The position numbers and the translations under genes are program-made. The notes beneath the pieces are model-generated. The model saw only the letters and a program-made list of their open reading frames with translations, had not been told where the DNA came from and searched no databases. From Magallana gigas (lineage: Eukaryota), in contig NC_088857.1 in assembly GCF_963853765.1 (NCBI RefSeq), forward strand, positions 12,648,001 to 12,712,000: a stretch of 64,000 nt of DNA. The letters are read 5' to 3'. Shown in pieces: positions 1-14,600 of this stretch. Every line of letters starts with the position of its first letter. Position 1 is the stretch's first letter.

Positions 1-1017
1 TGGGGGTTCGAGGCCTGAAATATATCATTTAAAAAATTTGACAGATTACTTGAAATTATTCATATCAAATTATTAGAGACATTTGAAGAAATATAAGGAT
101 TTCTGAGCAAAGTGCACGAAGCAGGATAAAACAAAACAGATGCCACATTATGTAGCATTACAAGCACATTAAATTTTGTATATATATGCTTTTCGTACGT
201 TCTCTCACAAAACATTTACTGTAAACATATTACATATGTCTGTGTATTCTTTTTAGCGTTTTTTTTGCAGAAGGCCGCTTCCGTCAAATCAAGTACATCC
301 CTAAATGCCATTTCTATATATATACAAGAATAGGAACACTCAGAAATAGGCTATTTCAAATCCATGCTAACTTGTTGAAAATAATTTTCCGCTAAATATC
401 ATACTTTCTTTAAAACTTTTTTAAACAGTTCTTCTTTCAGTTTTAAAAAGTGTTTAAAATTATTAAGATTAAGATGTTCCCGTATTTAATAAAAAAAAAA
501 AAGTAGCCGTCCCCATTGTCCGATTTTTTAAAACGCTTAATTGTAATGAATGCATTTATCTTAACACGCTACAATAATATATATGTAGGCTCATTTGGAT
601 ACAAAATCATTTACTATATCATTAATATATTTAAATTTCTTTTGAATGAAATAATACAAAATTAGTTAATAAAACGATCTATTTATATTTTCCATTACTG
701 TAAGATGTCTCAAACATTTTGTTAAAGGTTCTGGTTTTGAATATGAAAGTACACAAGATTTGCAATAAATAGTGGCATATAAAACAATCCTAATAATTAA
801 TCAGTTTTAAAGAACAACTATAGATACACCGAGAAAAAAATATAAGTTCTTTTGAAAATCGAAACACGTGTTTTTATATTTTAAATAATAAAATGCAGGT
901 TACCGTGCATTTGCTCTATAATATGTTAATACAGGTTTTGTTAACCATGATACGCTTGTGGTCCTTTCTATATTGTAGAAGTATGAGCAATTATACTCAG
1001 CATTCTTCTCCTGTGTT

Positions 1018-2207
1018 TTATAGTGCTACATCTTTTCTCGTTAGGCTAACAACAGTACGACTCACGTCTTGCGAGTGTATGTTAAACAGAGTTGTCAGAG
1101 TCTTAAACTTGTCTCTACGGAAGTGATCACGTGGTTGCACAGCCTCTAAAGAACAGTATGTGTTTCTGGAACCGATGCTATCGTACAGAGATTCTGCGCA
1201 TGCGTCCCCCATGTGGACAATCAATTCACTGTTGATGTACACCCCTTCATTAGGGCTGTCTAATATCTCTATGGTTCTGTATGGATTTAAATCATCGAGA
1301 CTTTCCAGGTCCTGTGTTTGTCTTTGCAAAGAAAACATCGTACAATATGAGAATGTGAATGTCATATTTTGATGCAATATCTGTATTAGTTGAACAATGT
1401 TAGAAGGTTTTTTTTTCAAAATAGTTTCTATACAATTCGATAAAAAAAATTGCTAAGAAGCCTTTGTATACTAAAATAATGAAACAGTAAACTTATCCAC
1501 GGAATATTGCTATTTACCTATATGATCTTCAAAAGATTGTCCGAAAATTGCACTTACCTTCCGTCGTTTGGTAAAACTGCAGGTGTGGCTTTTTTCCTTA
1601 GGTGCAATAAAACAAGTTTTTTAAACAAAATCTTTATTATTCGAAATTGTGACGTATTATGACATATATTCTGAAAATTCAACACGGACAGGAAAGCTTT
1701 TAAACAGTTTTTGTTATGAATTTTATCTTACCTTTTCCTCCATGCAAGGTAGAACAGAAGAGTAAAAGCAATGTTCAAAACAACAAGTGTGGACATACAT
1801 ATTGAAGAAATCAAACTCACATCTTAAAACAAATGTAAAAAAAAAAATGCAAATACAATACAAAAACACCGTCAGATTTTAAGATAAATTTTATATGTAC
1901 ATACACCTTTTTATTTTACATGTTTTAAAACCTACATCAACCAAGAAGGCTGATAAGAATCAAAGTTGATTACCTATTTTGGGCGCATACTCAATTTGAT
2001 CAATGGTTTCGAGGATCTCTCGAGTGGTTATAGTTTCGTACTCTGTCTTATTAGTCCAGGCCAATGTACTTGTTGGTGCATATTCATTTGCGGTACCTGC
2101 TATGCAAACAATGCATTTTTCATCACTTTTTTTTAAATTGTTCACTAACAACGTTTGCCTTTTATCATTAATTTTATTTTGAATATTATATCGAGATCCA
2201 TAGACCG
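1018..2207 (-). CDS. Uncharacterised single-pass membrane protein, paralogue 1 (3' four exons; 5' end unresolved)
   Basis: Exons 2207-1974, 1822-1732, 1596-1558 and 1321-1018 have AG/GT boundaries and splice in frame (phases 1,1,2,2). They give ...LLVNNLKKSDEKCIVC...EYAPKI | DVSLISSICMSTLVVLNIAFTLLFYLAWRK (TM) | RKKATPAVLPNDG | RQTQDLESL...SLYDSI...DKFKTLTTLF...DVAL*. The 2207 acceptor is weaker than the others. Confidence 0.8.
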
Positions 2208-2227
2208 CTTAGTATGGTCAGGTATAC

Positions 2228-2764
2228 TTTAATGGGCATAGTCACGATTTTATCAAAAATGATTTTCTGATTTTAATCATTACAATGCTATGCTTCAGTA
2301 AGGCATTTTTAAGAAGCAACCAAAATTTAAGCGTCATTCGTTGAGTTATAAGCAAGTTACAGAGCTTACAATGTTTTGCATTGTAAACAAAGCTTTTGTT
2401 TACATTTTTGAATGTTGAAGTAAAAATTCCTTTAGACCTAAAATGAATGTATTAAACGTTAGGGAGAGTTTCTTTATGCTTAAAATGAAAAAAAAAAGAT
2501 AGACAAATCAGCTTGAAAAAGTGTTTTACTGGTTTATTGAACCTACGTAAGCAAATACAGGGCACGAGCCTTGCTTACATGACAAAGAATTGGGAGCTCT
2601 GTATCTTGCGACTGACTGTCAAATTTCATTTGATCATTAGAAATGCATCCCTAAAGTATTGTAAATAATAAAAACAGAAAAAAGGAAATTGACCAAAATT
2701 AAGACTATGAACCTTTAAAACGTTCAGTTTTCAATAAAATGATTAATCGTACATGTGTCACTTT
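2228..2764. mobile_element. Degenerate non-autonomous DNA element (TTAA-flanked MITE-like)
   Basis: The left end ttaatgggcatagtcacgatt and the right end aatcgtacatgtgtcacttttaa are imperfect inverted repeats. Confidence 0.35.
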
Positions 2765-5700
2765 TAAATATAATTTAAAAACACGTGCAAACCACAACAA
2801 TTCAATGCTCTTCCTGCTTTTTTCGAAGAGAGCATTAAAACTTATACTTCATGTTTATCAAACATCAATGGTATTTTGATGATATAGAACTTTTAATGTA
2901 TAGTTCATGTAAGCTACGAGTTATTCATATAAAGATTTTTATAAACTTGAAAAAAAAATTAAAACGCATGAATCTGTTAAAATTATTTAGAAAAAAACTT
3001 ACTGCCTTCTTGAACTGTGGGTATGAGGAACGCCCGAGAGACTTTAGTTATGTCCTCTGAATAATTGACTGGGTTTTTTTAAAATAGAAAATAAGATTTT
3101 TGAGTTAAAAACAATGAGTGTAGAGAGTAGCAATGTATTTAATATCAATAATCAGAATTTCTCTTTTTTCAGAGTTTTTTTTTCACTTGTTCATCATTTA
3201 GTTTGATGAGTTTTGTTTGTTTGTAATAAATGTACACAAAAACATGGCAACAGAATTCTGAGCTCTATGTCTTAAATATTACTCTACAAATTACAATAAA
3301 ATTATGTCTGGCCATTAGAAATTACTAGGACCTTAGTAAGGCATCGTATAAAAATATTTTTTTTTACAAATTTTCAGTCCAAATTGCGAGCGTGCCTTTT
3401 TCAAAAACGACTGAAATTCACTTAAAATCATCAATATAGGTCAACACAAGAGGTATCCAGTCTCCATTTATTATCTTAGTATCTATGCATCTTCAGGTGG
3501 TTTTTATACATTTGAAGTTCCAGTCGCAAACTACTCGCTAAAATTCATATTCCAAATACATGACGTCAAAAAATTCTTTTCTTTATGTCGACAGATATCG
3601 TTTATACCAAGAACTGCTTTGCGAATTCTCACGCACTTCGTTCGATACATTTTTCAACTTACCTTCAAGATACATCGGTGGTGTGATTTCTGAATTCATA
3701 TATTTGTGTCAGGCATTGACGTCTCAAAACTGTTCTGTTGGTTTGTTTTGGACAATGTCCCTTTTCAAACTATATACTTCTATTCAATTACAGTACCAAG
3801 TGGCCTTTACGACATGAGCACGAGTTTTTACCTGTGCATTTCCGCATATTGTTCATTTTAACTGGAAATTAAAAGTGGATTCACATGAAACTATAAACAG
3901 GCTTTTTATAGTTTGCAATAAAAGCCATCATAAATTTTGTTTCAAATCAAATCTAATTCCTGCATGCAAATCTACTTAATAAACTTTTTTAATTTTAAAT
4001 TTCAATGGCTTTTTTAAAAAATTACGCAACCCTCTTCGAACACGGTAATAATTTATCAGAGCACTTGAAATATTTCAAATTTCTCCTACGTACACTTAAC
4101 AGTTGTGAACTGGTGGCAAAATTTATGTTTCAATCACTCATGAAAACTCGTGTGATTTCGTTGTAAACAGGTAAACTTCACGAAAATCCAGATTTATGTT
4201 TTGCAAAACAGTTAAACAATTCCAAAAAAAGGTTTCAAAATTAATATTTGTAAACTGCAACAAAACTTTTGGAAGTGAACAATTAAGTGCAAGGCTGCTT
4301 AAAGCGCTTTGATATTGTGATTTTATGGGAATTCAATTTAAAAATGAAATTTTTATTCTTTTGGTTTCCAATTCTCGCAATGAATTTATTCTTCGCGGTG
4401 AAGAATTTATCTTCTTCTCGGATGCAGGAGGGTTTTTGATTGGTGGAAACTTTAAAAATAAAAGGGCCGGGATTTCGGAAATTATTCGTTGTGTGACTGT
4501 ATGTAACATTCCTGGCCCCAAACACCACCAAAGAAAGGTTACCTAGGCAAGATACAATTAAAATCACAATGAACTCGTACAAGATTCACACAGTTTATTC
4601 TTTTTCATAAAAAATTCCCAATTTTCCCCAAAACACAAATGTCGTCATCATTTTCAATACCAGCGATGGTATTAAGACCGTTTGTACATTGACATTTACT
4701 CAAGAGATTATTTGCCTTACATAATTATCTAAAATCAGTTTTGTTTGTTCTAACTGAAGTCGGTTGGAAGACCTCGTTGAAAATACGCGGGTTTGATGAT
4801 CGCTTTGTCTGTTCCGCCTATTCTTCACGACGAAGTTTTGTCTTCATATGATCTTACTATTACGAAGATATGGCAGTGATTATTTTGCACAATTATTTAC
4901 TGCCTTTTTGGCTATATTTCTACATGTAAATAAACTGATATACATGTACCACTATGTAACAAAAAATAGTACATATGTAATTGACAAAATAGATTTCTTA
5001 GTTTATTTTTTCACTGACATGATACAAGTTTGTTTCTCTGTGTTGATGACAATAATAAGCCATATTTACTTCATTCATAAACAATTATACACAACTTAAT
5101 AAATTAATTAATAGGATGTGCAAAAGGGTATATGACTCCAAAGCGGAAGGCGGAATCAACGACAAAGATTGAAAATGCACAAGTACGCAATTAATTTAGA
5201 TATTTGATAAAGAACTAAACTACAAATACTCTCTTTAATGAGCAAACTCATAGAACTGAAAATGATTATTTATTGAGATTGTTGAGATTATTTCTAAATC
5301 ATGATTTTATACAGAAAATTTATGGGTTAAAGAGACGTGCCTCGACACGATTTGAGGTCGTTCTTCTAATTTTTAATTTCCATCTTTAATGTTTAGAATT
5401 GTAAATTGAATATTTTAATTCTTCATCAAAATTTGATAGTAAAATATCAAGTTACAAACAAGAACAGAGTTTGAAATTCTTTATTTTGTATACAACGCTC
5501 CAATCGTGTTAATGTTCACCTATGTTTTATTGGGATAAGTTTTAATCAAATGCTGCTTTCTTCTGTTTATAATATGTTTTGCAAACAAATATAGGACTCG
5601 AGCTTTGTTTACATTCCAATAATTCATTACCTCTGTATCTCTCTTACCTGTATAACTTGACTTCTAACATTCAATATTTGGTCACTCATTCAAAATGCAC

Positions 5701-6673
5701 AGGTAAACCGTTTTACAAAATAAAAATAAATTTTCATTAAAAACGTGTCAAGGTCCATTTAAGATACGTTTTAAGACTAAGGAGATGTTAAAATCTGGAC
5801 TTATAATAAAAGTCTGATATTCTACCATATGTTTTCGTTTTTAATGTGCATTATTTCAATTATATAATTATGTTTCCAGAGGCTCACCGTTTCGCATAAT
5901 TCACATAGAATTATAGGCTATTTTATAAGGCAATTTATAAGCTAATATCTGTATGCCCCATTATAATATATGTCATGCAAATGTTGAGGAACAATTACTT
6001 GGTAGTTGATACATGTGACCTTATTTCGAATATATGTCGCTGTCTGTACCATTTCAAATCAAAATGTTATAAGACTGGGTGGTTTAATTCAGTCTGGGAG
6101 GAAGGGGTTTCATTGGTCTGTCAATATTATATAACATGATTCCAAATTAAGAAATTAAAAAAATGATTATTAGTTCAAATACGTAAAAATTCACGCTATA
6201 CAATTTATTTTTAGAAATATGATGCCAAATAAGTCAAGCCAATTAAATTTCTCTTTCCAAACAAAAAAGGAAGTTTGCACACATACGATCTTCCTCCTAA
6301 ACAAAAACAAACATTGATCATTTCATCTCGATTGTTCAATAGAGTCTCACTGGAATGATTAGGATAACAAGAGGTGATGTCAATTATGATATGACGTAAA
6401 TAAATCAGTTTAAGAGCATAATTTAAAACGTATGTTATGATTATGAAGAAAAGAAACACTTCTGGTTTTTACGTCATTTAAAAAAATGATTTCCAGTCAG
6501 TTCAGAACTGCAGTTAATACAGAAATGAGATTTCATTTATATTTTGTCTCATATACATGTAATTAAAACATAATTAGGTCGACGTTTGTGTTGACGAAAA
6601 CTTGAAAGCGTTTTCCAACAAAGACAGAAAATCGGTTTGCTTTGAGCAATCACTTGTATATTATTTACCCGAG

Positions 6674-8346
6674 TTAAACAGGTGATTCGTTTTCAGTTTC
6701 TATTTTCGACAGAATATTTTGTACGTCTTTTGCATTTAAAGTAAAGAATGTCGTCAAAGTTTTCCATTTGTCACTCTGACGCCTGCCACGTGAAATGACA
6801 GGGTTCAAGCAATATCTGGAATCGAGGGTGTCGTAGGAAGCATAGCTGCAGTTGGAGTTCCGTTCGCCTACTCCCGTATACGCGTGGTCTGATGTTGTCG
6901 ATGTGACTCCATATGTACATGTATTGTACGGTCGTGTTTCTGCCTCTACTGTACTCTGCCTGCGCCTTATTCCCTGTCTTGAAAGAGATATAACACAGGT
7001 CTCTTATTAATCAATTGAATTTTCAAGCCGTTTAATTAAACAACAAGTGTCATTTCCAAATATGTTGTGCAAAATTGCTTTAAAACCCCTACTTAAAATC
7101 CCTAGAGATATGTCTGATTGTCCCTCTTTCAGGTCATGTCAATTGCTTTTAAAAGAAGAAACATCACCGGTTTTCTTTTTCTTTGAACAAAACTACCCAT
7201 GGTTCTATGGTGTGTCTTGAACTTAAACTAAGGTCGCAAAATTTCACATAATTTTCAGAATACATGACTTTGATCCTAGTTTTGAAGGGTTTTTATTTAA
7301 CTATGAATATCATTGATATTGCATTAGTTTTTGGTCCATATCTTTTAAAGAAAAATCATCAGAGACGGTCTCTGAAGACCCAAAGCTGCGTAATAGACCT
7401 GACATAAGGTTAAGGTTATGCAATCATCAACAAGCCAATTATCTAAAAATTGACCTATTTGTGAGAAAACATTTGGTTAATTAAAATGCTGCAGCATTTA
7501 TGCTCCATGAAACAAGGTAAATATTCAAAAACATCCTAAAATTTTGATGTATTTATATGAATCAAAGATTTTCTTGACGACTTCAAACTGACAAGATAAA
7601 AATTTGTGTTTCTTAAGTGCTTTACTTTTTAACTACCTTTTCTTCCAAGAAATGTAGAAGTACAGAGTAAAAGTTAGGTTAAACAACAGCAGCACAAAAA
7701 GACATAGCGTTGTTATTACACTCAAATCTGTAAAATATCGAAAACATAGTTACAAGTCAACAATATTGCACTCATACTGCATAATATAGAAACATACATC
7801 TTATAAGTATTTTCCGTCATATTTCTTGATATTTTTTGGTTAGATGTTTAATGCTAGTGACACGTTTTAACGACCGATCAACCCAGTTAAAATTAAGTTT
7901 TCGTGTATATTCCTAAAATATTTCAACCAACACTGAGAAAATTGTTTTTAAAATTGTCTAGATTTAAGATAATTTCTTGAAAATTGAATTTTCTTTCAAT
8001 ATGTGTATTTTTTATTTTAAATAATAAAAAACATTTATGAAAAAGAATGTTCGATTCCTTGTGATTTCATTTTTTTTCAAATGGAAATAGATATCCCTGA
8101 ATTCCAACCCTCCCTTTATAAATGTATATGTAATTATAGAGATTTATTATATTAAAGATCTTATACATCAAGATGAATACAGTTTTTCTCACTCAAATTG
8201 AACATGAAAAAATATCTTAACATGAAACTTTCCTTTTAGTAAGTTGCTATAAAATTTATAATTACATACCGAAAATGGATGAAGTAGAAGCAGAAGTTTC
8301 GGTTCCTGTTGAAATTGCAGTAGATTGATTCAGCATTGGATAGTTT
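6674..8346 (-). CDS. Uncharacterised single-pass membrane protein, paralogue 2 (3' exons)
   Basis: Exons: 8346-8270 (S/T-rich stalk NYPMLNQSTAISTGTETSASTSSIF), 7727-7637 (91-nt TM exon DLSVITTLCLFVLLLFNLTFTLYFYISWKK) and 6977-6674 (RQGIRRRQ...DKWKTLTTFF...ENESPV*). Phases join in frame. Not in the ORF track because these exons lack start codons. Confidence 0.8.
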
Positions 8347-10142
8347 CTGAATAAAAACTGATGCCTAATTTGTGATAAGATTAAATGATGAAATATTTAT
8401 TTCACATTCTATAAAACAAGGATTGATTTCTCTCCTAGCTATTGGCAAGCCAGATTGAAAAAATAGAACTTTAAAATAGTAAAAGAAAAAAGATGACAAG
8501 TGGGCTGAATTACATTAGGAAATCGAACAAGGAAACAATTTGGATAAGATAAGACTTATGAGAGAAAATGAATGTGGAAACACGTTTACTTGACCTAAGC
8601 TGCCAAGGTCGCAGAAAGATTTTGGTTTTGGAGGGAGGGGGGGGGGGGGGGTATGATGATTTTTTTCCCAAAAATTCTTAGGACTTTAAAAATATTCACG
8701 AAACACTGTAAAAAAAATACGATTCGAAAAAAAATTGTTTTGTTTTGAAATTGACGATATACAATAAGCAAGAATTTCTTGCCACAAGATCGATTCCATT
8801 TGAATTTTTAAAAAAAAACTTTACTTTCAAAATTTTAAGACCCGGTCATTTAGGTTCAAATAATTATTACTAGTATGAATGAAGGAATGAGATATTTTTA
8901 TTGCGTATTACGTTCATGGAATACGTGTATTTCTGCGTCTCGTCATTAATGATTCATTACTTTTAGCCTCTCAATAAACATGATGTTCAATGGTAATTTT
9001 TAAATTTTTTTGTTTCCATGTTGGTTGCAAAGTACTGGTAACAAAAACACAGCTGTTTTGTAAAAGTACATCAAAAACATTAAAGATGAGCCTATTTCTA
9101 TACCGGTAGGTAATACAGACTTACTGGATTGTTCAATTTAGCCTCTAGTATCCACAAATAATGAATTACTCTCCATTGAAAATAATTTGCTACTGTTTTT
9201 ATGTTTGCATTCTATTTGAACTCATACATACAAACACATTCGAATGGTGTTCTTTCCTTTGCAGGTGGGTTATATACTGGCTGTGGGAAATTGTTGGAAC
9301 AAACGGACGTGTCACTAGTTGCAGTTTGTACTCGACGTGATTTACTACTAATTAAACCGGAAACATGTTAGAATAAATATTTCCATGTGAAATTAAAATG
9401 ACGGGGTGTGTCAGCAATATGTACCAATATTGTACTATAAAATGATTGTTTTAAAAACTAGATTGACAAATTTTATGAATAAATACCTTATCCTTCTTAC
9501 AAAACCAAGACTTTTTCTAAAACACTTCCCTAGGGAAACGTTCGTAAAGCACGATGCATAATGTTCTGCAGATGTTTTTATGTAACTTTTATCTTAATTT
9601 ATGATACAATCAGATTTAAACATTTAAGATCACAGGGAATAACTGCATATGTGTAGAAAACCTCAACTTAATGTGAAAAAATTCAAGTTGGAATGTTTTG
9701 TAAAACATTTGAACATTGTGATTTAACAAATAGTCACTCAAAATAGTCTTACTTTCAGAAATGGCAGTGATGAGGTTGATTGGAATATTTCACCAGCGCC
9801 TCCTTTACTTGGTAGATGACATGAAATGCTGCTTTGCAATTTAATGTCTTGAAATTGATAAAGACTATCTTAAACATGTTCATGATCAAGGATAAGATTG
9901 CTTTAAACAACATGCAAACAATACACGATGCAAATAACTCCCCAACATTCGTTCGAGCGTTTAACTAGAAAATGTAATGCTTTTAATATAAAATCAAGCA
10001 CTTTTGCAAAATCCAACGTTCCCTACAAATTGAAACGCTAAAAAGCATCATTGGTATGCAAACATTTTATAATCAAAGTACTGAAGTACTGAAAGCCGGG
10101 CTCTTTTGGTGTGTCTTTATGCATATTGTGTAGTAAAGACTG

Positions 10143-10144
<2 letters not shown>

Positions 10145-10208
<64 letters not shown>
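10145..10208. repeat. (TC)n microsatellite
   Basis: Uninterrupted TC dinucleotide run of about 64 bp. Confidence 0.98.
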
Positions 10209-10210
<2 letters not shown>

Positions 10211-10919
10211 GCTTTTAATGTCGGCAAAGCATCAGAGAGCGACCAAATTTTGTAAGCGGCTATAAACAAAAAATATGTCTGTCTAGTAGAAGTTAAAAAG
10301 TTCAACAGTTGCTGCCTTGAATTTTGCAACAAGCATTATATATTCAATCCCCATTTCTTCATCGCGCAGCAAAGTAGTTCATGGAAATTCATGCGCATTG
10401 TATGTGTCCAAAATGCATAGTAATGTTTTAAAAACACGTTATTTATAAGAAAACTAAAAAAGATAGACAATTCATTCGAAATTTAAAAAAAAGAAACAAA
10501 ATGCCAACACTTTTGACAAAACGTGGCTCTTTGTGTAACTATTTGGTATAGCGGAAGCTTTACCTTGACGCTGTTTGGTTTTTTGTTTACTTGTGCTATT
10601 TATAGTAACATTGGCGATTTGCCTGCCTATAGCCAGGACTCGGCTTTCAGCAGAGCCCGGCTAAAAACCAATTACATACTACATTCCTTTCTCAAGGCAA
10701 TTATAAACGTGTCTTAATTGTGAATTGATTCAAATGTCTCTTCAAATCCCTGCAAAGACATGTTCATAGAATTGATAAGGCTCATCAAAATTATATATGC
10801 AGAATTAATTTTACGTGTTTTAAAAATTGGTTTGGCACTTTATAAATGATTGTATTTTGGACTAAAGATGCTAACACTTATAACACTCACTTCTCTGGAG
10901 TAGAAAGGTCATCAGGACA

Positions 10920-11050
10920 NNNNNNNNNNNNNNNNNNNNNNNNNNNNNNNNNNNNNNNNNNNNNNNNNNNNNNNNNNNNNNNNNNNNNNNNNNNNNNNNN
11001 NNNNNNNNNNNNNNNNNNNNNNNNNNNNNNNNNNNNNNNNNNNNNNNNNN
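10920..11050. other. Assembly gap
   Basis: Run of N. Confidence 1.
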
Positions 11051-11661
11051 NTTTAGAATTACACTGTATAAACATATCACGCATGAAATTGTTTTTTTTT
11101 AAATTCCCCTAATTTGGAAACTTTTAATTCTGATATCACTTGTTAATCCACAAAATAAAGATCTTTTGTTTACTGGCTTTTCCAACTTTATACGATACAT
11201 GTATATATTTAGAAATATGTGTACTGGGTTACAGATAGATGAAGCATTTATATTTTAATCGTTCATCATTAATGAGGGTCATAAATAGATCCTCGTGAAC
11301 GCAAATTGAGATTATTCATTTCATTTTAATTATACAAGGTTAAATCACTTAAATGGTCATGATGCCAATCATTATGTTACATAAATAGACCAAATTAAGA
11401 GCATGGGGAGACAATTTGTCTACACGATATTGGTCACGCAAAGATCGATCGTGTTAAGGAAGAGGTTTCCATATGGAACCTGATCTCTTATAAAATACAA
11501 ATATGGTGTTTTCTCTTGTACAAACATAATAAAACAAAATAAAATAGGTAATTTATTGATAAAAAATAATAACACATTTTGCAAAAAATTCAGATCTTAA
11601 GGAAGAATGTCTATTTATAATTAATGCTTTTTTATGGAATCATTTTTCCAAAGTTGTTATG

Positions 11662-14600
11662 CTAAACAGAGGATTCATTTTCTGGTTCCAAATTCTTTAG
11701 AATGTTTTGTACGTCTTTGGAATTTAAGTCAAAGAGTGTGGTTAGTGTGTTCCATCTGATACTTTGGCGTTTGTCACGTGACTGGACAACAATGCTGCAG
11801 GCAGAACTCCGTACGCTCTCATAAATGTGCTCTGTCGATGACGCAGGTGCGATTTCCGGTTTGCATGACTTGTAAGGCTGTTTTTCATCCGTACACTGTC
11901 TGTGCCTTATATCTTGCCTTCAATGGAGAGGAAGTAAAATTTAATCAAACGTTCAATCAAGCTTACATTTCGGAATAGTAAAACATAATCCATTAAGTAT
12001 TTAAATATGACTTAATCATTTCTGTAAATAAATACCATTTGTAGGTAACATCCTAATTTATGTTTGTTTTGATATGTATGTCTTTTCACTTTCGTGTCCA
12101 GTCCATGTATTCTTTATGAGAAGAATAATTATAGATTAATTCATGGCACAAAGGTTAGGCTTATGCCTTTTGGACGTTTTGTGACACTAACATGAGGTCT
12201 CATAATCGAGCTCAAGGTCACATCGCCGTCTACAGAGCGTGACCCTTACCCGAAGCCAATGGACCAAGGTCATGATCAGATCATCTTCAATGTGGCATTT
12301 GACACGATCCTTTGATTTTTAAATAAGATAGTAAGAAGTTAACACTTGGAAAAAATGTTGCCCATGACTAAATGAGTTTGACGTGAACATGTTAAGCGAT
12401 TGCCTGACCAATGTCCTTTGATTTTTAAATAAGATAGTAAGAAGCTTACACTTGGCACAAATGTTGTCCATGACTAAATGAGTTTGACGTGAACATGTTA
12501 AATAAGCGATTGCCTGACCAAGAATAAAATATCGTTATCAGCAGCAAATATCCAAAACAGAATCTCTGCTGGACACGTTCTTGTTGGGAATGAAATCAAG
12601 ATCATTTGTGCTAGCATTAAAAAACATTTGCTGATGATGTCAATACCTTGTAATGTGGGCGGAAGATTCTCGGAAAAAAGACAAACCAACATTTCAATGA
12701 GATAATAATTGATTCTTTTTTAAGGATGATGATATAACATTACCTTTTCTTCCAGGATATGTAGAAGTACAAAGTGAAAGTGATGTTAAACAACAGCAAC
12801 ACGAAAAGACATAGCGTTGTAATATGACCCAAATCTGTAAATATTGACAAAGTTACTGACATACTAATAAAGCACAATAATGCACTTACGTGTTTATTCA
12901 AACATATATAATATATGGAGAGAAAACAATTACATGTACAAGAAAGACTAACTCCATCTAGATATCAACAGAATGGTATAAATTTGACCCAGTTTCGTGC
13001 TTGGGACACACCAAATGATTCTATATATACTAGACTTTATAAAGAAAATGGATGGACAGTGTTTGTATGCATATTTGTCTTATGCATTTGTATTTTAATT
13101 CTTTGACATTATGCGGCAATGAAAAATAATGGTCGATCCCTAGTACATGCAATCATATGGTCAATTGCAAACATTTGTCTCCACGAGTTCCAATTTAAAT
13201 CAACGCTTTATAAATAAATATATGAAAATATTTACATTCTCAACTGTCTTTGTAACATTACGAATCAATTTTGAAGCCCATAGCCCACTGATTTCATAAA
13301 AGATGAGCGACACTTTATGGAGGTGTTAAAACATAACCGAAAAACGGTATTGGCTGCGCCGCATAGTAGTACATAGCATACGCTACATGATAAAACGGTG
13401 GTTTTAAGGAGGTTTGCACCTGAAATAATAGTAATGTCAATCATCCGAAAACCACTTCAATATTAAGAAGAATTAATAAATGAACATTATAGGTCCCAAC
13501 CTATAATGTTCATTTATTTTATTATGGAAATGTAGGCCCCCAAACAGAAATGATCTGCTAAAATTTGACACAAATATTCATGGTTTGAACTATTGTTTAG
13601 TTATGATTTTAATACAGTATGAAATTGAACACATGTAGTGACTATAAAAGTAAAATTTAAGTCAAAGTTTAAAAATTCTTGCTTTAATTACTGGTGGCTT
13701 CAAAGGCTAGTACATAATGAACACAACAACAGATGTTACAAAATTTTGGAGGAATCAAATTATAACGGAAATAAAAAAGAATATTTATAGTAATGTCATC
13801 TTTCCAAAACTTTGCATACAAATAGACATACATTTAATGTCTCATTTAAAAGTATATATAACAAGTAGGGGTCACATCTCAAATATTTGAGATATAGCAT
13901 GATAATTTTAGGCCAAAATTGGGGTTACTTTTTTCTTAACATCTATGAAATATAGCTAAATATGCCAAAATATATCGATAGAAATATCTAAATATTGTTT
14001 AGATATGTTTTTAAAACATTATGAATATATCATAACACATTTACTATCTATAAGTTTGATATGTGCTAAAAAATAGGAAGCTCTTAAACTAGTGAGTTAT
14101 GACAATTGTTCATTTCCTTCTTGAAAACCTTCCACCACAAAATATAGTCCCTTACTTAACTCTGTAAAAAGGTAATTCTTTTAATACAAATTTATTCAAT
14201 ATAGTTTATTTGGCTTTTTAAAATATTAATATACTACTATAATTAATATGAGATGCAGAATTTTCAGACTAGAGGTGCCCCAAAATGGCTTCCCAAAACC
14301 TAAGGAGCTAACCTCTTTTAAATGTGGTTTTAAAATTGGAAATACTATGAATGTAAGTAATGAAGAGTCATTCTTTGTATATTAACTTTATTGGATTTGA
14401 CCACGCCCCGACAAAAATAATCACCTCATAGTACTCAAAGAATGATTCCTTATTCCTTAAATAAGTCAAAAAATTTAAACCTAGATTTTAACATACACAG
14501 TATTTTAATGGTAATCATTTTGTATTCAAATCATGTTCAATTTTTGTTGTCCTTTGCTATAAAATTTCAAATTACGTACCGAAAGTGAGAGACGAAGGGT

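Noticed and set aside
3663-3831. Possible minus-strand exon of paralogue 1 (GHCPKQTNRTVLRRQC)
   Set aside because: There is a good GTAAG donor, but every frame I tried hits a stop before it. It may be a pseudo-exon, so it is not called.
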